Part shown: in pieces, positions 24,132 through 37,035 of the stretch
Position numbering within the stretch: the stretch's first letter is position 1
Layout of the letters: each line of letters begins with the position of its first letter
DNA from: Mustelus asterias
Lineage: Eukaryota
DNA length: 64,000 nucleotides
Direction of reading: 5' to 3'
Assembly: GCF_964213995.1 (NCBI RefSeq)
Contig: NC_135824.1
Location: forward strand, 11,346,001-11,410,000
Notes under the pieces: generated by a model
Told to the model about the DNA's origin: nothing
Seen by the model: the letters and a program-made list of their open reading frames with translations, nothing else
Database searches by the model: none
Program-made: the position numbers and the translations under genes

Positions 24132-27100
24132 GGGCCAATATGTGGAGCGTCTCTAATTATTTTTTTAGGGCCATAGAAATTGGGGCGGGGGAAGAAAAAG
24201 CAGAAGGTGATCCTTCTAACAGTCTGCAGGGCTCAGACTTACAATCTGATTCATAGTCTGACTTCTCCAGAGGCCCCAGATGCAAAAACATTCGAACAGC
24301 TGGTTTCACTGGTCAAAGAACAATATCAGCCAAAATCATTGGTGATGATGCAGCAATATAAATTCAATTCAACAACGCAAAACCCAGGGGAGACAATAGC
24401 AGCAGTCATGACATGGTTAAGGCAATTAGCTGAGCAATGTGAATTCGGATCAACACTCAGTGATGTGCTAGGGGATAGGTTAGTCTGTGTTGTGAATAAC
24501 CTCACCATACAAAAAAAACCTATTAGCAGAAACAGAAATTATCTCGAGTGGAGCGTTAGAGATTGCACAGGCCACAGAATGCACCAAAAAGGTGCATTAG
24601 AGTTGCAAAGGTGAGGTCAACCAACTTTGGTGGGAAACCTTGGGGAGTTGTGGTGCCAGGGTTGTGGGCATGAAATTCGTGTTAAAGACCGGTGAGCAGG
24701 ATAGGGCATAGAGATACAGAAAGTCAAGTCTGCAGACCAAATACTTAGAAGAATGCTACTGGTGTGGGGAAGAGCACCCCCAGGAGAAATGTAACTTTAA
24801 AACTGTTATGTGTTTTGTCTATAAAAAGGGGGCAGATTAGGATTAAATGCAGAGCCAAGCAAAGTCTACTAAGGACCAACAAAAAAAATCTATGAATCCG
24901 GTGCATAGTTTAGAAAATGACTCTGAAGAAGAATCTGAAGTTTATGGATTAAACTATTCATATTAAAGCGAGCAAGTCAGCCCCAGTTGTAATTGTGTTA
25001 ATGGTGAGAGAATGTCCGGGGTGCGTGGGGTCCTTGATTATGCTGGCTGCTTTTCTGAGGCAGCGGGAAGTGTCGACAGAGTCAATGGATGGGAGGCTGG
25101 TTTGCATGATGGATTAGGCTACATTCACAACCTTCTGTAGTTTCTTCTTTCTTTTATAGTTTCAAGTGGATTAGCTAAAAAAGGCCATCAAGACATTTAA
25201 AGCTGCTTTGAAAAGACAGTCCTCTTGACCTTCGCAACTTTTTCTACCAACGTACAGAACAACTCCTCATGTCACTACAGGAATTACCCTTGCTAAAATG
25301 CTCATGGGAAGATGTCTTCCAACAAGACTCGACTTAATATTTCTGAATTTGGCGGGGAGCACCTGCTAAAGAATGACAACACTCTGACAGAATTAGAAAG
25401 TCTCCAGCTAATCTTACTTCATGAGAGAGTGTGTTAAGCTTCCCCCTTTTTACTGTTGAATATTGCAGATAATTTTGTTATTGTAAAACATCAATTAAGG
25501 ATTTAAAGGGGAGGGATGCAGTGTGCCCCTTTAAGGGGTGAGTTATTGAGGGGTCACGTAACCCATTGGGCCAATTGCAGTGAGGATTGTGAATTGAGAG
25601 CAGGAGCACAGGCTTACAGGCTGTTGGAGTCCAGGAGTCGTGGAGGTCAGAAACATTCTTATCTTTGTCTTGTGTGTAGTTATTTTCCCCTGAACAGACT
25701 CCTCTTCATATATCGGCCTTGTTGGTCGTCAGTTCTTTGTCGCTATTACGTCCACCTTATAGAATCCCTACAATGCAGAAGGAGACCATTCGGCCCATCA
25801 AGTCTGCACCAACCACAATCCCCATAACCCCATGCATTTACCTTAGCTAGTCCCCCTGACACTAAGGGGCAATTTAGCATGGCCAATTCACCTAACCCGC
25901 ACATCTTTGGAGTGTGGGAGGAAACCGGAGCACCCGGAGGAAACCCACACAGACACGAGAAGAACATGCAGATTCCACACAGACAGTGACCCAAGCCGGG
26001 AATCAAACCCAGGTCCCTGGCACTGTGAGGCAGCAGTGCTAACCACTGTGCAACCATGCCGCCCCCTAAATTATTCCTCCAATAGTGGGTCAGCAGTGTT
26101 GGGGGCCTTTTTAATAAGGCACCCAGAAACGAAGGTGGACTATGTGCCCACAGGCCTGCCCCACTACTGAATAGAATGCAAAACCCTCGGGTGCATAATT
26201 AGCGAAGTCAGGACGGAAGATTTGATGCGTTTTCCCACTTGCTGTCACAGCGGGAGACACTCCACGTTCCTGCCCCGCCATGGGATTTAGTCTCAAAATG
26301 GGAGAATTATGCTCCAGGTTTACCTCTGGGATTTGATTTGCTCAGCAATTAACGTCTGTTGTGGTCATAACAACATCTCCACAGAGATTACAAAACAAAA
26401 TGTTGAAGCATTGACTTTTAGAGGACCTTTTTTTGTAGACACTATTTGTATCTAATATCTCGGAAACATTTTGTACAATTGAAAATGGAGTGAATGATAT
26501 AAACATCAAAAGATTTGCTAGACACTGCAAATTCATATGCATGTGAATAGATGTTGGCCATCTTTGTACCAATGAAAGCTCCTCGTTTCCCAACTTTACA
26601 AATAGAGTAAGTATCTAGCCTATATCCTTGGTATTCCACGTTGAACACCGAGATCAGGTTTACACCCTCACTACCATTGTACAAACCATGGCCGGAATTT
26701 TACCGGCACGCCCGCCCTGAATCCGGGGGAGCGGATGAGGCTCGGAGAATGGCATTCTCCATTGACCTCGGGCAGAATTGCCGGTAAAATTGAATGTTTA
26801 TTCTCTAAGGGCAAAGCAAATCACCCTTTGTCAACATATTCTTTCGACATATGTGACTGTCCTTTACTAAGTGCCAAATGTAGCATCAAAGTCCTTGCTA
26901 CGAACTGAACTGACATCTTGACCTGCCAATAATGTTGTCATATGTTTGTTATGATCAAGGGTTGACAGCACTTTGTCAGTCGAATTCAGGATCAGCAGAA
27001 TTATAATTTGTGAAGTATTTATTGTATTATATGACATTGCCTCGATTCAGCATCTGACAGTGTCGATCATAACACAATGAGACAACTGGCAACAAAACCA

Positions 27101-30100
27101 GCCTTGGAGCTTATTTACCTTCCTATTAAATGAAGATTTACAGAAACTTGATCAATGAGGATAGGCTATTGCAGTTCCTAATAGCTGAACCGTCAAAATG
27201 ATCTTTTATCTTTCAAATCCCTGCAAAGTGCATATAGTAAAGTTTATTTATTAGTCACAAGTAAGGTTTACATTAACACTGCAATGAAGCTACTGTGAAA
27301 TTCCCCTAGTCGCCACACTACAGCGCATGTTCGGGTCAATGCACCTAACCAGCACATCGTTCAGACTGAGGGAGGAAACCGGAGCACCCGGAGGAAAACC
27401 ACACAGACAAGGGGAGAATGTGCAAACTCCACACAGATAGTGCCCCAAGCCAGGAATTGAACCCGGGTCCCTGGTGCTATGAGGCAGCAGTGCTAACCAC
27501 TGTGCCACCGTGCTGTCCCTAATTGTGTCAGTATTAACAAATCTTTTAAAAGCAGAAACTAGATCTGATTGCCAATTAAGATGGATTTCAAGCTGCCCGT
27601 TGTTATGGTTTTGCTTTTTGTTTTCGAGGGGCAAGTTTTGAGCTCTGGGCTGACAAGCTGATTATCAATAACCGCCACATTTTGAACTGCTTCAGATCAC
27701 AGTCAAGCCTTAGGAACAAGAAACACCTCCAGGAGAACATTAGTCTCACATATAGCTTCACAGAGACAGATAGATCCTTGGGGATTTAGAGCTTTTTATA
27801 GGTTTGGAACATCGATTGCAAATTAAGCGATTTTTCTGTTTTACAATTTCTATTTTTAATAAACTCAATTCGGTTTTCAAGTGCTCTGTTAATGTGCTAT
27901 TCCTACATGATTTTAGATGTACTATTTTAGGTGCATATTTCCATGGTAAAAGGGTTCACTGTACACATAGATATGGACCATCCTAAATATGTCTGTACAA
28001 GGTCCAGTTTCAGTTCATAAAATGCACTTGCATATTGAGGGTGACTTTGTGATAAATATGAATAGAAAGGATCACAAAACAGCTCTAGTTAAAACAGCTG
28101 TCCACATACAGAATGATTTACAGACTTGCTTACACAAGTACTGGGCTTGAAGGCAACTCTCAATATTTTGGCGGCATGTTGGTTAGCACTGCTGCCTCAC
28201 AGCACCAGGGAACCAGGTTAAATTTCAGCCTCAGGTGACTGTGTGGAGTTTGCACATTCTCCTCATTTCTGCGTGGGTTTCCTCTGGGTGCTCCAGTTTC
28301 CTCCCACAGTGCAAAGATGTGCGAATTAGGTAGATTGGCCGTGATACATTGCCCCTTAGTGGCAGGGGTAAATTAGCAAGGTAAATATGTGGGGTTCCGG
28401 GGTAGGGCATGGGTGGGATTGTTGCCGGTGCAGGCTCAATGGGCAATCCTTCTGCAATATAGGGATCCTATGACCTTCAAAACCTTTGAGATCAGATGCT
28501 CAAAGTATGCAATTTTCTTTCTTTAAAAGTGGGCAGAATTTCAGTTTCACAAAACAAAGTGCTTGGAAAAGTTATGAATTAAGTGTTTGCTGCACCCAAT
28601 ATTTTTCCAATGGTCAATGCCAACTTTGTCACATATATTTATGGCCCAGCCAAACTCTAAATACACTATCCTCCAAGTCTTTCCTCCTCTGTACATCCTA
28701 CTGTGCTTAGATTTCTCACACCGTCTACTATTCACCTTAATTTCTTCTCCCCAACAAACTTTAAAATCGTGGACTTCTTTTTATCCCTTTGTCTCCTCCT
28801 TCTCATTAAACCCTCAGGCTTCTAAAATCTGTGACCGCAATATGGCAACGCATTTCAGATAGAGACGTAAAATAAAGCAACAATGTTGTAATTAATGTAT
28901 TAGTTTATTAGAGCACACAAAAAATACAAACAGTGGAATAATTCCGATTCCTTTGAGTACAGCAGCATTGGTTTGCAGCAGTCACTGAAAACTAGTAGTT
29001 TCCTAATTTAGGATACAGAGACAGTTAATTTCCCAAATATTGTTCAGGAAGGAAAAATTGGAAGGGAAAAATCTTGATGTTCACTCTCGCTAGACCAGGG
29101 CATGAGTTGCATACTTAGTCCTAGTGTTTTAAGGTTCGTTGGTGCAGTGTTGGAGGGCCGAAGGGCCTGTTCCTGCACTGTAATTCTCTTTGTTCTTTGT
29201 ATTCTCTCTAGTCCACATTCCTTTCAAGCAAGGTTCCACGCCAAGATCTTCCCATCGCAAAATTTTCTGTCATTGGATGTTTAAAACATTTTTTTTGCAT
29301 AGCTTTGTTTTCATAAACATTTGTTCAGTAAACATGATTTTTTAAATATTCTAAATTCACATACAACGCTTCTTGTTAAAGAGCCCCTTAAATAAAAAGT
29401 TCAACTCGAAGATAATTTTATTTTTCATAAAGGTTTTACTATTCTGAATAGAAAGGCGTGAGGAAGACTGAGAAACAACTCATTGTCCAAGAGGTCATTC
29501 AAATAAATTAACTGAGAAATTGGGTTATTTCTCCAAAACCTGGCTTACATTGCAGGTAGATTGCAGCGTGACACTACACTGCGTTTGTGTAGTACTAAGG
29601 CTCTGAAAACACCGGTAAATCCCAGTCAGTGAATCCTGACTCGAATGCAGAGCTGGAAAAGCATAATAGCTGGTGTTCCTCAATACCCGAGTGGGGAAGT
29701 GCACTGTGCAGTAAAGTACAACATCACACAAAACCCTCAATGTCGCTGAGTAAATGGATCTCAACCACAGGATCGAGGATATCTTAACTGGATTTGGTAT
29801 TCTCCTGCCTTGAGGACGAAAAAGGACAAAATCTGGTTTGTGATCGCTATCATTTGACGGTTGCTGGAAAGCGTTTATGTGAATGTTAAGTAAAGATAGA
29901 AGCTGTGATGCAGCCACTCAAAATTTAAAAATTTGGAACATCACAATGAGAAAGATACAGGAAGGACCAGAGAACAATATTCTGTACATACCTCTCAGGA
30001 AGTAAAAAAAAAGGGGGGGGGATAAAAAGTGCGAACGTAATGATTACGGGAGAGGATAATGTACAGAGTGACATATATTTGCAGCCAACACTGTGATTCA

Positions 30101-30944
30101 GAGCAAGCCAGGATTCAACACCCAACTTGCCCTTATCTGTGAGTGACAGCAGTCTAATGATGAGACTGGAAAATCATTCAGAGGATTAAAAATACAATAT
30201 AATTCTGCAGGTTTCATTTTGGGTTTGCATTTTAATGCAACAAGCCTGATAAACGCCTGCGCGAGTCTTTTTCTTCTGGGATCCGGGCAACACATCTTAG
30301 ACGGCAGTGGCAGAGTGAGTCATCTCGGTTTTCAACATGGTTGTTTCCACAATTTACAGAGAAGGCCAAGAATAATCAAGGCAGTCCTTATCAGCAGGCT
30401 TCATTCAGAAGTGAAACGTGGTGAAAATTTAATTACTCCAAATTACTTAGTTTGTCTGAAATGTTCCAGAGTAAATTAAAATAATTTACAAAGCACTATG
30501 CCCTCTTAACTTATTTTGAATGCCACATTAATTGTGATACAAATTAAATTATAGAAAAAGCAAATGCTTCAATTCTTGTGCAAAATGGTGGAATTGACTG
30601 GTTCATAAGCAGAAACTGTGAGACTAAATATGGGATCTTATGGTCTAAAAATCTCAGTACCATATCAAATTGTGCATTTGGACACTAAAATATTGGATTA
30701 GTTTAAAATTATTATTAATTAGATTAAAATTAGTCTTCTTAGCAAGGATAAATAAAGTTACAGGCAGATTTCAGTTCGAAATAATTGATAATTTGATTAA
30801 TTGTTTTCTCAGAAGTTATAGCACAAAAGGCATCAATTTGTTCCATTATATCTGTGTCAGTGCTCAGAATAAACTAGAGCTCATATCCTTTTCCATTTCA
30901 GATGCCCATTATAATCCCCCTTAAATCCATATCAGTCTCAGACT

Positions 30945-32680
30945 CAACAAAAAAATTCATTCATGTGTATTGGGTGTCGCTGGTTAGGCCAGCATTTATT
31001 GTCCATCCCCAATTCTCCTTGAGAAAGTGATGGTGAGCTGCCTAGTGGAACCGCTGCAGTCCATGTGGTTGGGTAGATCCAGAGTGTTGTTAGGAAGGGA
31101 GTTCCAGGATTTTGACCCAGTGGCAGTGAAGGAACTGTGATATACTTCCAAGTTTGGATGGTTTGTGGCTTTGAGGGGGACTTCCAGGTGGTGGTGTTCC
31201 CATGCATCTGCTCCCCTTGCCCTTCCAGATGGTACCGGTCATGGGTTTGGAAGGTGCTGTCTAAGGAGCCTTGGTGAGTTCCTGCAGTTCATATTGTAAA
31301 TGGTATACATTGGTGCCACTGTGCATCTATGGTGGAGAGAGTGGTTGTTTGTGGATGGCGGCTCTTTCATCCTAGATGGTGTTGAGTTTCTTGAATGTTT
31401 TTGGAACTGCACTCATTCAGGCAAGTGAAGATCATTCCATCACAGTCTCGACTTGTGCCCTGTAGATGGTGAACAAGCTTCGGGGAGTCAGGAGGTGAGT
31501 TACTTTGCACAGGATTCCTGGCCTCTGAACTGCTCTTGCAGCCACAGCATTTATATGGCTAGTCCAGTTCAGTTTCTGGTCCATAGTAAGACCCAAGATG
31601 TTGACAGTAGGGGATCCAGCAATGGTAGTGCCATTAAATTTCATGGGGTGATGGTTAGATTCCCTCTTGTTGTTGATAGAGTCATTGGCAGGCACATGTG
31701 TGACATGTATTACTTGCCACTTGTTAGCCCAAGACCAGATATTATCCAGGTCTTGCTGCATTTGGACGTGAATCATAGAATCCCTACGTGGCAGAAGGAG
31801 GCCATTTGGCCCATCGGGTCTGCACAATACCATCCCTATAACTTCACTCATTTACCCTGCTAGTCCCCCTGCCACTAAGGGGCAATTTACTATGGCCAAT
31901 CAACCTAACCCACACATCTTTGGAGTGTGGGAGGAAACCGGAGCACCTGAAGGAAACCCACGCAGACACTGGGAGAATATGCAAACTCCACACCGATAGT
32001 CACCCGACGCCGGAATTGAACCCAGGTCCCTGGCGTTGTGAGGCAACAGTGCTAACCACTGTGCCACCCTGCTTCAGTATTTGAGGAGTCACAAATGGTG
32101 CTGAACAATCATTAGCGAACATTCTCACATCTGACCTTATGATGGAAGGAAAGTCACTGATGAAGCAGCTGAAGATGGTTGGACCTAGGACACCAAACAG
32201 CGATGTTTCGGGACAGAGGTTATTGACATCCAATAACCACAATCATCTTCCTTTGTGCCAAGTATGATTCCAACCAGCAGTGTTTTCTCCTTAATTCCCA
32301 TTGACTCTAGTTTAGCTTGGGCTTCTTGATGCCACATTCAATTAAACGTTGTCGTAATCTCAAAGGCAGCCATTCTCAACTGACCTCTGGAATTTGTGCA
32401 TGTTTTAACCAAGGCTGGAATGAGGTCAGGAGCTGAGGAATCCTGGCAAAACCTAAACTGGACATCAGTGAGCAGGTTATTGCTAAGCAAGTGCCAGTTG
32501 ATTATTCTGTTGAAGATCCCTTCCATCACTTTACTGATGATCGAGAGTAGACTGATAGGATTGAAATTGGCCGGGGTTGGATTTGCCCTGTTTTTTGTGT
32601 AAAGGACATACCTGGGCAATTTTCCACATTGTCGAATAGATGCCATTGTTGCAGCTGTACTAGAACAGCTTGGCTAGGTA
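30945..32680 (-). mobile_element. CR1/L2-group LINE fragment, interrupted by a V-SINE at about 31770-32070
   Basis: Remnants PISLLSIISKVMEG, SVLGPTIFSCFI-like, QQDLDNI..WANKWQV, ILGLTMDQKLNWTSHI. Related pieces at about 4880-5410 (-), 18610-18830 (-) and 19150-20220 (+). Confidence 0.8.
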
Positions 32681-33308
32681 TTGAGGCAGGGGCAAGTTTT
32701 TAATATTTGCACTAAAGAAATTCTAAAATTTCTTCTCTATTTCTCTTTAAGTGATAATCCAAAATCCACAATCACTTGTTACCCGATATCCAGCAAGTGG
32801 AAAGAATCTTTCATTATTCATCCTCGATATGGATATTGAAAACTGGGGAATCATGTTCACTGTGAATAAGGCTATTGATGGTACAGAGCTAGAGTGAAGC
32901 GAGGCAGGTATTTATATTACAGTGTTATAATCAGTGTCCTGATCAGGACTCGGGTCACAGTCTGTGCGCTTTTTGTCTGCTTTACTATCCAAGTGGCATG
33001 TTGTCAAACTGACCCAAACATAACAATCTTAATTGATTTGTTTATAGGAATGTTCACTTTCAATAAAAAAGTTCCAAGTTCATATGTAACAGCACACGTT
33101 GGAAGTTGCCTCAAACTTTTGTACTCTAAGGTACAGCAAGAAAATAGAAGAAATGTTTGTGCTGAGAGCAAAATATTAAAATACACCATTGTACATATTG
33201 CTTTCAGAAGCTGCAGCCTACGTTTTGAAAGCAATTGATTTCCATCCAAATATACAAAAAAAAATTAAAGGAGGAATAATACTTCTGTTCAGGGAGCACA
33301 TGACTTGT

Positions 33309-33886
33309 TCATGGTCTGAGTTTCAGTGCTGGGTGTGTCAAAGTTAGAATTGAGAGAATTGAAGAAACAAGCCCACAGAGACCCACCACTCCCGCATTAG
33401 TTTTGCAAATGCCTAGTTTGTCTAAAGGAAGGGTGAGATCACAGAGGTTTTTAACAACGTCAAGTAATACAGGAGGATTGCTTTTCAGGCTTTGAAAAAG
33501 CAGTATGAAGAAAGCTTGAGCCGTGACCCTCAGCGTCCAGACAATATCTCTCTGCACATGGTTGTTTTCCAGGCGGTTTACAGATTTGCGCTGTCGCCCC
33601 TTTTGGACCTGTGCTTCTTCCTTCAGAAGCTGGGCAATCTCATAGACATCTCTGCACAGGCTGATAATCAATGAGAATAAGTAGTAGCGGTTGCACCGCT
33701 TGTTCCATTTCTCCTTGTCAACATCAGTAAGTCCCACTGCTCCCGTCCACAGAATATTATCACAGATGAAGTACACAGCCCGACTAAGAGGAATGACTGT
33801 GAGGCAAAACCGAAGCATTGGGTCCGAAAGCTGGACATTCCTTCTTGCTGCCTGAACTGCATCCACTGTGTTACCTAGCCGGAATA
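33309..33886 (-). CDS. PEX11A: PEX11A last coding exon (LFRLGNTVDAVQAARR...HPALKLRP*)
   Basis: Acceptor ctttatttcag|TA; 578 nt to TGA at 33309. Total CDS 750 nt = 249 aa with PEX11 FRLGN and LLDVVKNLCDL motifs. Confidence 0.95.
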
Positions 33887-35569
33887 CTGAAATAAAGGAG
33901 AAAGGATTTCATACAGCATTGGCTTTTACCATTTGAAATAAAATTAAATTATGGGTGAGGCATTAGAAATATAAATACAGGCAGGTTCTCTCTCTAGTTG
34001 AGCTTTCAGAAGCTAAATCTCTTCCATCTTGGGGGAATCATACATGCTCATATAGAGGCTATTTATATTAGCTAATATATATTAGCCATATCTGACCATT
34101 AAAAAGTGTTGATTGGATTGAAACATGATTCATACAACTCACATCAAGAACAGAATCCATGGAATAAAATCTTGCTTTATGAATATTGTATAATCGCATG
34201 GCAAATATTCTAAGCAATATTGTTATAATTAAAAGAATTGAATACAAATTGCTCTCACCAGTGAAAAGGCTGTGGTTTCATTTCAGTACACAGTTAAAAT
34301 CAATCAGCTGGCTAGCACTGTTATCCTGAGCATAAAAGTTAGGGGTTCAAGCCTCTTTACGGAACTGATATCCAAGTACAGTAATGAGAAAGTGCTACAT
34401 TCTCAAAACTGCTAACTTTTGGATGGGATTTAAATTGAAGCCCTTTCCACCTGTTCAGGTGGACAGAATGGCCATTTATTTAATTACTACCCCTGTGGGA
34501 TCTTGTGTGCACATCTTCCACCCATGTAATCACAGTGACCGCACTTTATAAAGTAATCCGCTGGTTGTAATGTATGAAGGGCATGATTAAGTGTTTTTAA
34601 ATGCAAGTTCTTTCTCTTCTCAATCAATAAATAAAAAGATGTTACATGTAAGGGCAAAATCAAACGAAAGATAGTATAGACAGATGTAGTTCCCTGGCAC
34701 TAGTACAGTGCAAACTGCTGCTGACTTATTGATGACTTAATTCAAGCTCTGTTGTGACTGGATCTCACAAGCTGTGTTGGAGTTCTGCCCTTGACAATTT
34801 ATTTCTCTCCGATGACCACATAATAAGAGTCTTTTCACAATGAATTTTATCGTTCAGGAAGATAAGTAAAATTAGACACTGATGACTGTAATGCACAGTG
34901 AGTGATGTTGGACAAATGAACATGCAACAGCAACAAACATTTTTTAAAAAACATTCAGCAAGCCAGTCGCCAAACTGGAAGAAAATGGATAGCATCTTTT
35001 TCTCTTGGCCCCTCCTCTCCATTCTATTTCCTAGGCATTCTGCCTCTTGTTTCTTCCCTCAGGGATAGTCAGTCCCACACCTCTGATCACCAATCCTTGC
35101 CACTGGCCCAATCTCTTGCAAACAGCCCTTCAAGGCATCTGATACTTGTTGCCTAAGTACCTTCTAATGTTTTTTTGAGAGTCTGCTTGCAATTTGCTTA
35201 AATGTGCTGCCCTTATTTTTTTGAAACACAAGTGCGCGTGTTAAAGAGGTCGACTTATGCTCTGGCCTACATGGGAGCTTTTGAGTTGCTGCATGGCCAC
35301 AGAGCTTAGGGTGGACTTTGGTTACCACCTGACAACAGCAGCCACATCTTGTTTGTTTAAACACAAATTTGGCACATAGGTCCTTTCCATCATCTAGTCT
35401 GCCCATATTGCTGTAATGTGGCTCTTAAACCATGCCATGGTCTCTCTCTATTCATTTGAGCATTTCACTCTATGCCATCTCTCTTGCCTCTCCTTTGAAG
35501 CATTCATTGTGCACTGTCTGCCACCCCAACTCTCCCTTAGTTTGACTCAGTGTCTGCCCCCCCAAATCT

Positions 35570-36080
35570 CCCCCAGCTTGACTCTGTCTGCCATCCCAAT
35601 TCTCCCAAAACTTGACTTTCTTTCCAAGATATCTACCCTTGAGATTTGTCAACTCATCACCAATTAAAAATCTATCCAATGTCGCATCCATTGCACTTTG
35701 GGGTAATGAATTACAGATTCATGACCCTTTGAGAAGGGTTTTTTCTCCTCATCTCGGTTTAAATTTGTTACCCCTTATCCTAAAACTATCTTGTTCTAGA
35801 TTGCTCCACGAGGAAGAAGCATCCACTCTACATCTATTTTGTCAATACCTTTAATCATCTTATACCTCAATTCGAACTCCTCTCATTCCTCTAAACTCTA
35901 GACAGTATAGGCCTAAACTGCTCAATCTCTGTTTATAAGACAAACCCCTCATATCTGGAATCACTAGAATCAATCTAGTGAAGCTTCTCTGAACTGCCTC
36001 GACATCCTTCCTCAAATAAGGGGACCAAAACTGTGCACAGTGCTCCAGGTGTGGTTTCACCAATACCTTGCACAGTTGCA
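35570..36080 (-). mobile_element. CR1 LINE 3' fragment
   Basis: ORF 35860..36063 VKPHLEHCAQFWSPYLRKDV. Confidence 0.85.
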
Positions 36081-36119
36081 GTTTCTCCTACAGCCTGCAC
36101 AATGAACGACTCTGCATAT

Positions 36120-36680
36120 CAGTAGAGCTTCAGTTGGTAGCAATTTAATCTTAGGGTCAAAGGTTGTGGTTCAAGTCCAGAGAATGGAGCACAAAAGTCT
36201 CAGCTGACACTCTCAGTAATGTACTGAGTCAGCGATGCACAGAGATGTTGTCTCTTGGAAGACTGTGGCATTTATTAAACTCTGAACAGCCGGTTGGTGA
36301 AATAGGAGACCAAAAGCCAATCTTTGTTCTATTTTAAGATTTATTTACAGTGAAACCATTACAAGTATATAACTCTTAACTCTACTCCCACACCATTGTC
36401 AATATGTGTCTCCTTAGATGTGCTCAAGTAATCAACCACTCACTGCTTTCATTTGCATATACGTTATAGAAATAACAGCCCTTCCTGCTGTCTCAGGTGG
36501 GACTTTAAAAAGCTCCCACAGCAGTAATTACCCCCGGTGTCCTAATCAATATGTATCCATTAATCAACATCAGTAAAACAGATCATCTGATCATTGTCAC
36601 CTTTCTGCTTGTGGGAGCTTGATGTGCACAAATTAGCTGCAGAGTTTCTGATATTACAACAACCACAGTGCAAAAGTACA
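36120..36680 (+). mobile_element. DeuSINE (SacSINE1-like) copy, interrupted; other copies at about 210-480 (-), 34300-34620 and 38620-38910
   Basis: tRNA-like head cagttggtagca...ggttcaagtcc and Deu-like body ctcaggtgg..taaaa..tccca..gca...gtgggagcttg.tgtgc.caaatt.gctgc. Confidence 0.65.
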
Positions 36681-36684
36681 TCTT

Positions 36685-37035
36685 AAGGGGAAGATGGTGG
36701 CATCAGTGGTAATGTCACTGGACTAATAATCCAAAGGCCCAGCCCAAAGCACTGGGGACATGAGTTCGAATCCCACCATGGGCAGCTGATGGAATTTAAA
36801 GTGACCATAACTATCGTCGATTGTCCTAAAAACTGCCTTCCTAATGCCGTATTTTGAGGGAAGGAAATCTGCCATCCTTACTTGGTCTGGCCTACATGAG
36901 ACTCCAGATCCACAGCAATGTGACTGATTCTTAACTGCCCTCTGAAATGGCCAAGCAAGCCACTCAGTTCAAGGGCAATTAGGAATGGGCAAAAATTGCT
37001 AGCCTTGCCAATGATGCCCACAACTCATGAATGGA
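36685..37035 (+). mobile_element. tRNA-derived SINE sharing its tail with the CR1/L2-group LINE (second copy at 1-210)
   Basis: A-box-like tggcatcagtgg and B-box gagttcgaatcc; 3' end gggcaattagg.atgggca..aa.tgct.gcc..gcca.tgatgccca matches the LINE 3' end. Confidence 0.7.

Larger units (their letters stand above)
22755..25750 (+). mobile_element. Degraded Gypsy (Mag/K02A2.6-like) LTR retrotransposon with both LTRs
   Basis: 5' LTR 22755-22892 (TG...TACA), PBS-like TGGCGATGGAG at 22895, gag remnant (GKLEPFD..W/QYVERL; ORF 24180..24614), zinc-knuckle remnant near 24750-24830, integrase remnant YRTTPHVTTG near 25250, PPT aaaggggaggga 25505-25516, 3' LTR 25517-25750, TSD cccac/tccac. Confidence 0.85.

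Noticed and set aside
29525-29917. 130-aa ORF in unique sequence
   Set aside because: No recognisable motifs, no ATG start and no splice support; probably chance.
36154-36166. DR1-like GGGTCA-A-AGGTTG
   Set aside because: Lies in a DeuSINE tRNA head and is explained by drift from the repeat consensus.
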